A stretch of 64,000 nt of DNA from Candidatus Latescibacterota bacterium (GCA_965203175.1 OZ241867.1:6336001-6400000); one strand, 5' to 3'; counted from the stretch's first letter, positions 1 to 11,025 are shown. Notes: generated by a model from the sequence alone, not told the origin. Numbers and translations are program-made.

Positions 1-748
<748 letters not shown>

Positions 749-759
749 TTAAATATCAC

Positions 760-775
760 TAAACTGGCCAGTTTA
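760..775. promoter_or_regulatory. Perfect 16-bp palindrome TAAACTGGCCAGTTTA, candidate operator in the nqrA/bioB divergent region
   Basis: Palindrome seen directly about 40 bp upstream of the nqrA start; regulator unknown. Confidence 0.35.
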
Positions 776-1028
776 AGCCAGCCAGCCACACCTGTCAAGG
801 AAAATAGGACACTGATTCGCCACCGAAGAGTCTTTATGTCTCATAATCGGCCAGATATCAAAGCGCGGGCGCGCTGTCCAGCCTGTTTACCTCCGCAAAC
901 AGCCTAAAAATAAAAGCCAAGAAACGCGATGGAGCAAGACATTTGCGCAGTGGACACGGGCTAGACCTTGCGAAACTGGGTGAAACCTCGGATTTTAGAC
1001 GCTCATCCACCAAACTGATCGAGGAATT

Positions 1029-2033
1029 ATGAGCTTGAATGCGCCCGCAACGCGCGAGGAAATCGTCGCCCTCTACAAAAGCCCCGTACTCGACCTCGTG
1101 TACCGCGCCGCAACCGTTCATCGCGAGCACCACGATCCGCGGCAAGTACAAGTCTGCACCCTGCTTTCGATCAAGACCGGCGGCTGTCCTGAAAATTGCA
1201 GCTATTGCTCGCAGTCGGCCCACTTCGACACGAGCCTCGAACGCCAAGACCTGCTGTCGCTAGAGGCCGTGCGCGAAGCCGCCGAGCGCGCCGCAGCGGC
1301 CGGAAGCACGCGCTTCTGCATGGGCGCGGCCTGGCGCCAAGTACGCGACGGCGCGGAATTCGACCGCGTGTTGGACATGGTGCGCACAGTCGCGGCCACC
1401 GGCATGGAAGTCTGCTGCACGTTGGGCATGCTCACCGCCGACCAAGCCCGCCAGTTGCGGGAAGCCGGCCTCCATGCGTACAACCACAACCTAGACACCG
1501 GGGAAGACTACTATCCCGAAATCGTCTCCACCCGCACCTATCGCGACCGTCTCGAAACCCTAGGCCACGTCGGCCGCGCCGGGATTTCAGTCTGCTGCGG
1601 CGGCATCTTGGGCATGGGCGAAAGCGACGAAGACCGCATCGACCTGCTCTGCGCGCTATTGCAACTACCAACGCCGCCGGAATCCATACCGGTCAACGCC
1701 CTAGTACCCATCGCCGGCACGCCGCTCGGGGACCGCGAAAAAGTGACCGCGTGGGAACTCGTCCGCATGATCGCCTGCGCCCGCATCCTCTTTCCCACGG
1801 CCATGGTGCGCCTCTCGGCTGGCCGCGACCAACTCTCGACAGCCGAACAAGCCCTGTGCTTTCTAGCTGGAGCCAATTCCATTTTCTCGGGCGACCGCCT
1901 GTTGACTACTCCCCACCCTGGCACTGACGCCGATCAAGCCCTCTTCGACCTGCTCGACCTAGAAGCGCGGCCGCCGCAAGGCGCTTCAGAGCGCGTCGAT
2001 CAGCTCGCAGAAGCAGTCGTAGATCGAAGCTAG
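1029..2033 (+). CDS. bioB: Biotin synthase (radical SAM)
   Basis: CPENCSYCSQS radical-SAM motif, YNHNLDT, SVCCGGILGMGE, RLSAGR; GAGGA RBS. Confidence 0.97.
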   Translation: MSLNAPATREEIVALYKSPVLDLVYRAATVHREHHDPRQVQVCTLLSIKTGGCPENCSYCSQSAHFDTSLERQDLLSLEAVREAAERAAAAGSTRFCMGAAWRQVRDGAEFDRVLDMVRTVAATGMEVCCTLGMLTADQARQLREAGLHAYNHNLDTGEDYYPEIVSTRTYRDRLETLGHVGRAGISVCCGGILGMGESDEDRIDLLCALLQLPTPPESIPVNALVPIAGTPLGDREKVTAWELVRMIACARILFPTAMVRLSAGRDQLSTAEQALCFLAGANSIFSGDRLLTTPHPGTDADQALFDLLDLEARPPQGASERVDQLAEAVVDRS

Positions 2034-3272
2034 CTGAAGCTGCTCAATGCAGTAGGGCGGCAGCACGTACACGCTATTACCCAGCGGGCGCAGCAGAAAT
2101 CCCCGCGCCAAAAATTGCTCCCTCAGTAGCGGCCCTACCTCGTGCAGATATCCTTCCTCACCTTCGACAATCACGTCCGCCGCCACAATCGTACCGCACA
2201 CCCGCACCCGCTTGAGCCACTGGTGGTCGCGCAGGCGCACCACTTCCTCGCACTGCCAAGCCGCTAGGCGGCGGAAAGGCTCGCTAGCGAGCAGATCCAG
2301 CGAAGCCAGCGCAGCCGCGCACCCCAAGGGATTGGCCGTATAGGAGTGCCCGTGATAAAAGGCTTTAGCGGGATCGTCGTCATAGAAAGCCGCGAAAACC
2401 CGCTCGCTGCAAACGGTGGCCGCCATGGGCAAAAAGCCGCCGGTCAGCCCCTTGGCCAAGCAGATGATATCCGGTTGGGTCTCGGCTTTCTCACAGGCAA
2501 AGAGCACCCCGGTGCGCCCAAATCCGGTCAGCACCTCGTCGTAGATGGCCAATACGTCGCATTGACGCAAAAGCGCCTGCACGGCCGCGAGAAAGTGCGG
2601 GCGGCACATCCGCATACCTCCAGCACCCTGCACCAGCGGTTCGAGTATCATAGCCGCGTACTGGTCAGGATGGCGTGTCAACAACTCCTCCAGCCGCGCG
2701 AGTGCCTCCGCCTCTTTGGCCTCTACCTCCCCATCGCCTTCCCAAGTGGCCGGAAAGGGCACGGCATCCGTCGGAAAGAGCAAGTCGGCAAAAGGACGCG
2801 TAAAAAGCGAGCGTTCCCCCACCGACATCGCCCCGAGCGTGTCGCCGTGATAAGCCCCCTCGAAACGCAGAAAGCGCGTGCGGTCTCGCTCGCCTTGGTT
2901 GCGCCAAAACTGATAGGCCAGCTTGAGCGCGACCTCCACGGCCGTCGAGCCGTCGTCCGAGTAGAAGACCCACTTCAGCGGCGCGGGCAAGGCATCCACC
3001 AGCCGCTGGGCCAGCTCTTCGGCGGGGCGATGGGTAAATCCGGCCGCTATTACCTGTTCTAACTCTTTGGCCTGCTCAGCCACTGCCGCGGCGATCTCGG
3101 GCTGGCCGTGGCCGTGCAAGGTCACCCACCAGCTCGAAATGCAGTCGAGGATCTGCCGCCCATCCTCTAGTTCTAGCATCGCCCCGCGACCAGCCCGCAC
3201 TTGCTGTATCGGCAGCGCCGCCTTCATCTGGGTAAAAGGCGACCACACGTGGGAAACCGCGCGTTCAGTCAT
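1986..3272 (-). CDS. bioA: Adenosylmethionine-8-amino-7-oxononanoate aminotransferase
   Basis: WSPFTQM, SSWWVTLHGH, GSTAVEVALK, YHGDT, DEVLTGFGRTG, AKGLTGG; start set at the ATG overlapping the bioD stop. Confidence 0.96.
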   Translation of the reverse strand: MTERAVSHVWSPFTQMKAALPIQQVRAGRGAMLELEDGRQILDCISSWWVTLHGHGQPEIAAAVAEQAKELEQVIAAGFTHRPAEELAQRLVDALPAPLKWVFYSDDGSTAVEVALKLAYQFWRNQGERDRTRFLRFEGAYHGDTLGAMSVGERSLFTRPFADLLFPTDAVPFPATWEGDGEVEAKEAEALARLEELLTRHPDQYAAMILEPLVQGAGGMRMCRPHFLAAVQALLRQCDVLAIYDEVLTGFGRTGVLFACEKAETQPDIICLAKGLTGGFLPMAATVCSERVFAAFYDDDPAKAFYHGHSYTANPLGCAAALASLDLLASEPFRRLAAWQCEEVVRLRDHQWLKRVRVCGTIVAADVIVEGEEGYLHEVGPLLREQFLARGFLLRPLGNSVYVLPPYCIEQLQLASIYDCFCELIDAL

Positions 3273-3888
3273 GGCAGCCAAAATAGCGGGCAAAAAGCGC
3301 CCGTACTTTGGTGGGCGACAGCTCTACCCGGCGATCGATTTCAGCCAGCACGGGTACCTCTCCGTAGTGTGCGATAGCTTGGCAATTCGCTGGGTTTGGG
3401 GGACCGTTGACCACCACGCCCAAGAGCGGGCAACCGCGGCGGCGCAACTGGTCTAGCGTCAATAGCGTGTGATTGATGGTGCCCAATTCGCTGCGCGCCA
3501 CCACCAGCACCGGCAGCCCCAGATCGACCATCAGATCAATCATTAAATGCCGATCGTCGAGCGGTACCATAACCCCGCCAGCCCCTTCGACGATCAAGCG
3601 CTTTTGCACGGGCAGCGCAAAGCGGCTCATCTCGATCTGCACGCCCTCGCGCCGGGCCGCCTCGTGCGGCGACAGAGGAGCGCGCAAGCGATAGGTCTCC
3701 GGCAGAACGCGCTTAGCTGATAGGCCCGTGACGCGCCGCACCCAATCGGCGTCCGCATCGGCTCCGCTTTGCACGGGCTTCCAATAGGCGGCTTCTAGAC
3801 CCACGGCCAGCAGAGCCGCCACATAGGACTTGCCAACGCCCGTGTCCGTGCCAGTGACGAACAAGCGCGGGGGAAATTCAGCCGTCAC
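3265..3888 (-). CDS. bioD: Dethiobiotin synthetase
   Basis: FVTGTDTGVGKS, YWKPVQSG, VEGAGG, LGTINHT. Confidence 0.95.
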   Translation of the reverse strand: MTAEFPPRLFVTGTDTGVGKSYVAALLAVGLEAAYWKPVQSGADADADWVRRVTGLSAKRVLPETYRLRAPLSPHEAARREGVQIEMSRFALPVQKRLIVEGAGGVMVPLDDRHLMIDLMVDLGLPVLVVARSELGTINHTLLTLDQLRRRGCPLLGVVVNGPPNPANCQAIAHYGEVPVLAEIDRRVELSPTKVRALFARYFGCHD

Positions 3889-4684
3889 AATCCCTCGCTT
3901 TCTCGACAACTAAATAATGGATAGCGCATGTAATCTCCACGCCGTTGGGACAGTCGCGATCCCAGCCGCGCAAGAGTCGGCGCAATTGCACTGGGCCAAG
4001 GGCACTCAGCCGCGCTGGCGTGTGGGCACCCGTGCGCTTGAAGTGGCGCAAGAAAGCGCGCGCGCTCGGAAAGCGCAGTGCAATCACTTGCTGCCATTGG
4101 CGCACCGCGACCGACTCAGCGGCAAATACGCGAGCAACGGACGCTGAGCCGGGCAAGGCGTTGGCGCTACAGGGGATGCCTTGGCGTGCACATTGGTGGT
4201 GCCATTCGGCGTATGAACCAGCCCCTGGATAGGAGCAGAGCAATCGCCCGCCGGGTTTGAGCGCGGCCAGTAGCTGCTGTAGTCCGGCGCGCAAATCGGC
4301 GAACCAGTGCACTACAAAGCTGGCGCAGATCAAGGCGTAGCGTCCCTCGCTTCCTAACTGCTCCCCATCTAAGACCCGGTAGCAGATGTCTGGATGGGCG
4401 GCCTCGGCGGCCATTTTCTGCCGACAATGCGCGACCATGGCTGGCGCAAGGTCGGTCAACTCCAAGCGACGCCTAGGGAAGAGCGCGGCCAAGGATGCGC
4501 TCAAAAAGCCCGTGCCGCAACCGATTTCGAGCACTGGGCCTTGCACTAAGTTTTCGGCGCACTCGGCAGCACATTTAGCCAAAGTAGCAGCCCCAGCGCG
4601 CTGCTCCTCGGCGTGGCAGTCGTACGTCGAGGCGCTGCGAGAGAAATTCTCCACGACGCGCGCTTTGAAACTCGCTTCCATCAT
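3878..4684 (-). CDS. bioC: Malonyl-ACP O-methyltransferase
   Basis: FSRSASTYD, VLEIGCGTG SAM motif, position in the bio operon. Confidence 0.88.
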   Translation of the reverse strand: MMEASFKARVVENFSRSASTYDCHAEEQRAGAATLAKCAAECAENLVQGPVLEIGCGTGFLSASLAALFPRRRLELTDLAPAMVAHCRQKMAAEAAHPDICYRVLDGEQLGSEGRYALICASFVVHWFADLRAGLQQLLAALKPGGRLLCSYPGAGSYAEWHHQCARQGIPCSANALPGSASVARVFAAESVAVRQWQQVIALRFPSARAFLRHFKRTGAHTPARLSALGPVQLRRLLRGWDRDCPNGVEITCAIHYLVVEKARDCDG

Positions 4685-5343
4685 ACAGAATGCATCCCGC
4701 GCCAAGCCCATTCAACTCGTTCCCAACACGCGCGGGCATGCGTCAGGGGCAGCGCGTGGCCTGCCTCCGCGACGATAGCAAGCGCGCTATTGGGCAGCAG
4801 CTCGCGCAACTCCTCGGCTCGCTCCACCGGCACCACGCGGTCGCGACTGCCGTGCAAAATGAGCACCTGTGCTGCGGCCGGTATCGCGCTTAGTTCCAGC
4901 ACGCTCTCCTGCAACAATTGCAAATCGCGGCACAAACCGTCGGCATCAATAGACTCGGGCCAGCGGCTGTCTGGCGGCGTGCCACAACGAGTGTAAAAAT
5001 CGGCCAACAAGGCCGCTGGTTCGCGCTCCAAGCGCGCGAGCATCTGCTCTACTGTGCGGCGCGAGCGTCGGGCCTGACGGTCGCACGGCGAGTGAAAGCT
5101 GCGAAAGCCGCTGATGACCACGATCAACGCCGCCGTCGCCCATAGCTGCGGTGGCAACAGATGCAAGCCGAGGGAGTGCGCCACGACGATGCGCGGCCGG
5201 GCCGCAACCGCTACGGCTGGGCCAAAGTACCCTCGGTCTGGGCAGTGCAGCGCAAAGCCAGCGGGCAAGACATCTCGCCAGCGATCCCAGAACCAAGCGC
5301 CAAAGCCCCACCCGTGCTGGGCGACCACGTCAACGCCGACCAT
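4681..5343 (-). CDS. bioH: Pimeloyl-ACP methyl ester esterase (BioH-like alpha/beta hydrolase)
   Basis: HGWG, AHSLG nucleophile elbow, HGSRD, GHA; lies between bioF and bioC. Confidence 0.78.
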   Translation of the reverse strand: MVGVDVVAQHGWGFGAWFWDRWRDVLPAGFALHCPDRGYFGPAVAVAARPRIVVAHSLGLHLLPPQLWATAALIVVISGFRSFHSPCDRQARRSRRTVEQMLARLEREPAALLADFYTRCGTPPDSRWPESIDADGLCRDLQLLQESVLELSAIPAAAQVLILHGSRDRVVPVERAEELRELLPNSALAIVAEAGHALPLTHARACWERVEWAWRGMHSV

Positions 5344-6496
5344 CGCGCCACTTCTGTAGCAATTCAATTAGCATATCGAGGTCGCTCTGCTGGTGCAGGG
5401 CGCTGAGCGCCAAGCGAATCCGCGCCCGGCCCGGCTCGACCGTAGGAGGGCGTATGGCCACAGCTAGGACTCCCTTTTCTTCTAGATAGGCGTTCAGAGC
5501 CAGCGCTTCGTCCTCCGCACCCACCATCACCGGCGCGATTTGCGCGGTCGCCGCGCCCGTGTCCCAGCCTTGGGTGCCGAGCGCATCGCGCAAGTAGTTG
5601 GCGTGGCCAAGCAATGCTCGTCGCTGAGCATCCATTTGCGGCACCAACTCTAGCGCCGCATCCACTGCCCCCAAGACACCCGGCGGCAGCGCCGTCGTAT
5701 AGATGAACCCCGGGCAGCAGTTGACCAAGTACTCCCACAGCTTCTCGCCGCAAGCCACGTACGCCCCAAAAGACCCGAGCGCCTTGCCAAACGTGCCGAT
5801 GCATACGTCCACGTCCTTACCGCACGTCAGCCCCATCCCCCGCTCGCCCAAAACGCCCGTGGCGTGCGCTTCGTCGATAACCAGCAGCGCGTCGAATTCT
5901 CCGGCCAACTCGACGAGCGCGTCGATATCGCTGACGTCGCCGTCCATGCTAAACACCGATTCGGTGACAATCACCCGGCGCGAGTGGTCCACCCTCGCGC
6001 TTTCCGCCAGCAGCGCGCGCAGGTGATCCAAGTCGCCGTGGCGGTAGCGCCGCATCCGACAGCGCCCCAGGACCGCCCCTTGGACCAAGCTGTTGTGGCA
6101 GAGTCGATCGAGCAATATGAGCGCGCGCCGATCGACCAGCGTCGGCAGCAGCGAAACGTTGGCCTGATAGCCAGAATTGAGCACCAGCGCCCGCTCGGTC
6201 TGCTTGAGCCTAGCCAAGGTCTGCTCCACTTGGGCAAAGCCCGGCTGCGAGCCACAGATCAAGCGCGCGGCCGTAGCACCGGCCCCGTAGCGCTCGACGA
6301 ATTCAATGGCCCGCGCCTGCAAAAGTGGGTGTGACGCTAAGCCGAGATAGTCGTTGGAGCTAAAATTGACCAATTCGCGGCCGTGGGCGCGAACGCGCGC
6401 GCCGCCACACGGCTCCCAAGTCCGCAACGATCGCATCTGCCCAGCCTGTTGCCGCCGCGCCAATTCGGCGTGAATAAAATCGAATTTCGCCCGCAT
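5330..6496 (-). CDS. bioF: 8-amino-7-oxononanoate synthase
   Basis: NFSSNDYLGL, ESVFSMDGD, DEAHATG, GTFGKALG, AIRPPTV. Confidence 0.96.
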   Translation of the reverse strand: MRAKFDFIHAELARRQQAGQMRSLRTWEPCGGARVRAHGRELVNFSSNDYLGLASHPLLQARAIEFVERYGAGATAARLICGSQPGFAQVEQTLARLKQTERALVLNSGYQANVSLLPTLVDRRALILLDRLCHNSLVQGAVLGRCRMRRYRHGDLDHLRALLAESARVDHSRRVIVTESVFSMDGDVSDIDALVELAGEFDALLVIDEAHATGVLGERGMGLTCGKDVDVCIGTFGKALGSFGAYVACGEKLWEYLVNCCPGFIYTTALPPGVLGAVDAALELVPQMDAQRRALLGHANYLRDALGTQGWDTGAATAQIAPVMVGAEDEALALNAYLEEKGVLAVAIRPPTVEPGRARIRLALSALHQQSDLDMLIELLQKWRDGRR

Positions 6497-6608
6497 AAAG
6501 GTGAAGCTGCGCCAAATGGTCCGCCTAGGCAAGGCAAGCAGCCTATAGGCTTGCCGCATGAGGTGCGCCGCTCTATACTATCGCCTGTAAACTTGCCCCT
6601 CCGCTGCC

Positions 6609-7493
6609 ATGGCGACGACCAATAAAATCACCGTTTCTTCGCTCCAGTCCCAAAAGGAGCGCGGCCAAAAGATCTGCATGTTGACGGCCTACGACTACCC
6701 CACGGCCGCGCTGCAAGACGAAGCTGGCCTCGACGTGATCTTGGTCGGAGACTCCGTGGGCACCAACGTCTTGGGCTATCGCGGCCCGCAGCAGGTGACC
6801 ATGGACGACATCCTCCACCACTTGCGGGCCGTGCGCCGGGCCGTGCGCCGAGCCTTTCTCCTCGCCGACCTGCCCTTCATGTCCTTTCAGCCGTCGGTCG
6901 AGACCGCGGTCAAAAACGCCGGGCACTTGGTACAAGAGGGAGGGGCCGAAGGCGTCAAATTAGAGGGCGGCCTGCCAGTCTTGCCTCAGCTAAAAGCCAT
7001 CGTTGACGCCGGCATACCGGTCGTCGGCCACCTCGGGTTTACCCCGCAGTCCCAGGCCCGCGAATTCTACCTGTTCAGCGACCGGCGCGGCACCGTGCCC
7101 AAGTTTCACGGCAAGGGGCCGAAGGGGGCCAAGGCCCTCGTCGAGCAAGCCCTGCGCTTGGAGGACGCCGGCGTATTCTCCCTAGTTTTGGAGATGGTCA
7201 CTGAAGAAGCCGCCCAAGCCGTCACCGAGCGGCTCAAAATTCCGGTCATCGGCATCGGCGCTGGCCGCTATTGCGACGGCCAAGTGCTGATCATCCACGA
7301 TCTCGTCGGCCTCAACGAAGAAGACCTAATCCTGACCAAAGCCTACGGCCAAACGCGCCAGGATTGGCTCGAAATGTTCAAAACGTACTGTCGAGAAGTC
7401 TCCGAAGGCCACTTCCCCACAGCCGAAAATGCAGCGCACATGGCCCCCGCAAAACGCGCTCAACTGGACCAATTACTCAACAATAACGGATAG
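6609..7493 (+). CDS. panB: 3-methyl-2-oxobutanoate hydroxymethyltransferase
   Basis: MLTAYD, LVGDSVG, ADLPFMS, VKLEGG, GHLGFTPQ, IGIGAG, DGQVL. Confidence 0.95.
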   Translation: MATTNKITVSSLQSQKERGQKICMLTAYDYPTAALQDEAGLDVILVGDSVGTNVLGYRGPQQVTMDDILHHLRAVRRAVRRAFLLADLPFMSFQPSVETAVKNAGHLVQEGGAEGVKLEGGLPVLPQLKAIVDAGIPVVGHLGFTPQSQAREFYLFSDRRGTVPKFHGKGPKGAKALVEQALRLEDAGVFSLVLEMVTEEAAQAVTERLKIPVIGIGAGRYCDGQVLIIHDLVGLNEEDLILTKAYGQTRQDWLEMFKTYCREVSEGHFPTAENAAHMAPAKRAQLDQLLNNNG

Positions 7494-7524
7494 GATCACT
7501 AATCCTTCGAGAGGAAAACTGCCC

Positions 7525-9042
7525 ATGCGCTTACTCTACGCCGCCGCTCTGATTTTGTGGACGACCGCTCCCTCCTTAGCCCAAGACGCCGAACAAAGCT
7601 GGATCCAAGAGAGCATTGCCAACGTGGACGCCGCGTTTAGCTCCATCGTCTCGGCGATGAGCACCGTCCTCTTCGCCAAATTAGGCATGGAAGTTCCCCT
7701 CATCATCTGGGTGCTCGTCCTAGGCGGCATCTACTATTCGTTCTATTTCGGCTGGATCTCCCTGCGCGGCTTCCGACACTCCATCGACGTCATCCGCGGT
7801 CGCTACGACGATCCTAACGATCCGGGCGAGATCTCCCATTTCCAAGCCCTCACCAGTGCCCTGTCGGCTACCATCGGCCTCGGTAACATCGCCGGCGTCG
7901 CCATTGCCGTCAGCTTGGGCGGGCCGGGCGCGGTCTTCTGGATGCTCCTGACTGCCTTATTCGGCATGTCCTCCAAGCTGGCTTCCTGCACCCTAGCCGT
8001 CATGTACCGCAAAATTCACCCCGACGGCCGCATCTCCGGCGGGCCGATGTACTACCTAGAGCACGGGCTTGCCGGTAAAGGACTCAAGTCGTTGGGTCGC
8101 GTCTTCGCCATTTTGTTCGCCATTTTCACTATCGGTGGCTCCCTCGGCGGTGGCAATATGTTCCAAGTTAACCAAACGGTCGAGATCCTCACCACTGTAT
8201 CCCCGGCTGTAGGGGAATACAACTGGGCCTTAGGCATCCTCTTCGCCTTGTTGATCTCCTTGGTCATCATCGGCGGCATCAAGCGGATCGGCCGCGTCAC
8301 TTCGCGGATCGTGCCCTTTATGTGCCTGCTCTACGTGACCGCCTCCCTCATCATCATTCTGTCGCACATCGGCGATGTGCCCGCCATGATCGCGACCATT
8401 TTCCGCGAAGCCTTCTCGCCGCAGGCCCTGTACGGCGGCTTTTTGGGCGTCCTAGTCGTCGGCATCAAGCGGGCGGCCTTTTCCAATGAGGCCGGCCTCG
8501 GCTCGGCGGCTTTTGCCCATGCCGCAGCCCGCACCAACGAGCCAGCGCGCGAAGGCATGGTCGCGATGATCGGCCCCTTCATAGACACGATCGTCATCTG
8601 CTTGATGACCGCTTTGGTCTGCATGATCACCGGGGTGTACACCGATCCTCAGTTCCAAGCAAGTGAAGGCTTTATCGTCGGAGCCAAAATGACTTCGGCG
8701 GCCTTTGATTCGTTCCTGCCCGGTGCCCGCTACGTCCTCGCCATTGGCGTCATGCTCTTTGCCTACTCAACCATGATTTCGTGGTCGTACTATGGGGAAC
8801 GGGCATGGGAATACCTATTTGGCAGTCGCTTCAACCTAATCTACCGGGTCATTTTCGTCGTCTTCGTCGTCTTCGGCTCGGTCGTCACGCTCAAAAACGT
8901 GCTCGACTTCACCGATATGCTCATCTTGAGCATGGCCTTCCCCAACATCATCGGCGGCGTCATTCTCAGCCCGCAGATCAAGGCGTGCTTGCAAGAGTAC
9001 TGGGGCCGGCTGAAAAGCGGCGAGATGAAGCGCTACAAGTAG
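7525..9042 (+). CDS. Alanine/glycine:cation symporter (AGCS/AlsT family)
   Basis: GEISHFQAL, ATIGLGNIAGVA, GGPGAVFWM, GGPMYYL, FSNEAGLGS, FIDTIVIC. Confidence 0.93.
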   Translation: MRLLYAAALILWTTAPSLAQDAEQSWIQESIANVDAAFSSIVSAMSTVLFAKLGMEVPLIIWVLVLGGIYYSFYFGWISLRGFRHSIDVIRGRYDDPNDPGEISHFQALTSALSATIGLGNIAGVAIAVSLGGPGAVFWMLLTALFGMSSKLASCTLAVMYRKIHPDGRISGGPMYYLEHGLAGKGLKSLGRVFAILFAIFTIGGSLGGGNMFQVNQTVEILTTVSPAVGEYNWALGILFALLISLVIIGGIKRIGRVTSRIVPFMCLLYVTASLIIILSHIGDVPAMIATIFREAFSPQALYGGFLGVLVVGIKRAAFSNEAGLGSAAFAHAAARTNEPAREGMVAMIGPFIDTIVICLMTALVCMITGVYTDPQFQASEGFIVGAKMTSAAFDSFLPGARYVLAIGVMLFAYSTMISWSYYGERAWEYLFGSRFNLIYRVIFVVFVVFGSVVTLKNVLDFTDMLILSMAFPNIIGGVILSPQIKACLQEYWGRLKSGEMKRYK

Positions 9043-9073
9043 GCTGGGAAATCGCTGGGAACGCCCCTGACAA

Positions 9074-11008
9074 TCACCAGCTAAAGATGCGGTTGTCGGT
9101 CATGCCAGTACAGGCGTCGATGACCAGCCAGACCCCGGCGCTGGCAAACTGACCGAGGATCGCCCCCATGAAGAACGGGCGAACGGCGCGGAAACCGCGC
9201 GGCCCCCAGTACTTGAGGACGATGGCCTTGCAGAGCCACGCCAAAAAGATCGAAAACCAAGAGTGACTCATCAGCCAGAGGCCGGCGATGGGAAAGCCAA
9301 TGGGATGTAGGGGCCACCACGTCAGATAGTGCCGGGCCAGCATCAGGCCGCCCATAATCGCAGCGCCGACCCCCGTGGAAAACCACCCCTCCCAACTAGG
9401 CCCAGTGGGGTTGAGCAAGAGGCGGGCGACGAAACTCTCAAAAGGGGCGCGGGCACCGCCGCCAAAAAACCAGCGGTTGAGATTGATACCACCGTAGCGG
9501 TAGGACAAATCGAGAATCGCCCACATCGAACTAACCATACTGACCAGCACCGCGAGCATCAGCGCCCAGAAGAAGAGACGGTGGCGTCCCTGCTGGCCGT
9601 CGAGCAGCTTGAGGGCGTGGGCGGCCGAGGCCATTACCACGACGCGCAGTTCAGTGGCCCAAGTAAAAGAGAAACCAAGAGCGGTAATGCCGGTTTCGCC
9701 GACTGCGGTCGTGCCAATCCCCGTGGCGACGAAGCTCTGCGGCATCATCGGCGTGCGCGCCTCGGGCACTCCACTTTCGGCGACAATGCGGGTCAGCGCC
9801 ACGAAGATGGCAAAGGCGCTGAGCAGAAAAAGCAGGGCGACCAGCGGCGGCATGCCGCTCAGATAGAGCCAAACCCCGGCAAAACTCAAGCTCGCCAGCG
9901 CGCCCCAGACCGCGACGCGGTAGGAAAGAATCTCGTCGGAGTCATCGACATCCACAACATTGAAAAACGCCTTGCGGCACACGTCCTTGAGGTGCCCGCG
10001 CCCCACCCACAGCGTAAGAGCGACTAGCGCGATCAGCGCTCCCATTTCCTGGTGGGCAATCGCCGGTGGACTGACGCTAAAAGTGTCTAACGCCTCGCCA
10101 GAGGTGACACCGAGCACGCCGTAGAGTCCCTTTTGCACATTGACCAGCACATTGCAAAACCACAGGCTGAAGGCGATGTCGAGGTTGATCAGGTAGGCAA
10201 AGCCGAGGACCGGGAAGCTGAGCACCACAGGCAGATGTACGGTGTCGCGGAAAAGGCCAATGCTCGCAGAGAGCTGGATCTGCGGAAAGACGTGGAAGTA
10301 ATTGTGAAAGGCGTTAGTCGAAGAGATGAGGCAGGGAATGGCAAAGCCAATCCACAAGCTCGCGCTTTTGAAAAACGGCGGTAGCCGGCTCTCGTCACTT
10401 TGGCGCACCATGTCGAGCGGCAGTTGCGCGAGCGGATAGATGAGCTTTTCGCGCTCTATCCACTGGCGGCGGAGTACCACGGCCACGCAGATCATGGCGA
10501 AGTAAACGGCGACAATGAGAACGCTCCACCCGAGCAAGGGGAGCAGCCAAGCGTCCCAGGGGATGGGCGCGCCCGTGGGTAGGCCCTCGTAGAAGTGTTT
10601 GATAGCGCGCGCGTCGTCGGGGACCAAGAAGTCGCGGATGTAGGGGTGAAACAGGTCGTCCCAGCGGTTTTCCGGCGTGGCGAAGTAGAGCCAGGACCCC
10701 ATAACCGGCAAGAGGTATTCAGAAAGGCCGCAAGTGGTAATCGCCGAGGCGATGAGCATCATGCTGTAGATCAGTAGCAGCTCGGCGCGGGCGAGGCCGC
10801 CGCTGGGGAAGGCGCATTTGTACAGCGCGTTGAATACACCAACTAAGAAGAAAAACAGAAAAAGCGCCCCAGGAGTGGAAAAATCCTGGGTCATATACGA
10901 GCCGCGCAGGACCATGTTGCAATAGGGAGCACCTGCGGCGAGCACAGCGGCGCAGAGCGCGCCCAAGAAGAAGGCCCTGAAAGTGTAACCTGAGCGTGGA
11001 GGGGGCAT
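9074..11008 (-). CDS. Polytopic membrane protein, DUF6785/DUF6784-like (putative transporter)
   Basis: Many TM helices; LRRQWIEREKLIYPL, RIVAESG, WWPLHPIGF, FSIFLAWLCK, PFFMGAILG motifs. Confidence 0.75.
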   Translation of the reverse strand: MPPPRSGYTFRAFFLGALCAAVLAAGAPYCNMVLRGSYMTQDFSTPGALFLFFFLVGVFNALYKCAFPSGGLARAELLLIYSMMLIASAITTCGLSEYLLPVMGSWLYFATPENRWDDLFHPYIRDFLVPDDARAIKHFYEGLPTGAPIPWDAWLLPLLGWSVLIVAVYFAMICVAVVLRRQWIEREKLIYPLAQLPLDMVRQSDESRLPPFFKSASLWIGFAIPCLISSTNAFHNYFHVFPQIQLSASIGLFRDTVHLPVVLSFPVLGFAYLINLDIAFSLWFCNVLVNVQKGLYGVLGVTSGEALDTFSVSPPAIAHQEMGALIALVALTLWVGRGHLKDVCRKAFFNVVDVDDSDEILSYRVAVWGALASLSFAGVWLYLSGMPPLVALLFLLSAFAIFVALTRIVAESGVPEARTPMMPQSFVATGIGTTAVGETGITALGFSFTWATELRVVVMASAAHALKLLDGQQGRHRLFFWALMLAVLVSMVSSMWAILDLSYRYGGINLNRWFFGGGARAPFESFVARLLLNPTGPSWEGWFSTGVGAAIMGGLMLARHYLTWWPLHPIGFPIAGLWLMSHSWFSIFLAWLCKAIVLKYWGPRGFRAVRPFFMGAILGQFASAGVWLVIDACTGMTDNRIFSW

Positions 11009-11025
11009 GGTGCTTTTTTGTTACC

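Noticed and set aside
6497-6608. BirA operator between bioF and panB
   Set aside because: Only a TGTAAAC half-site with no properly spaced partner; the AGCCTATAGGCT palindrome is too short to assign
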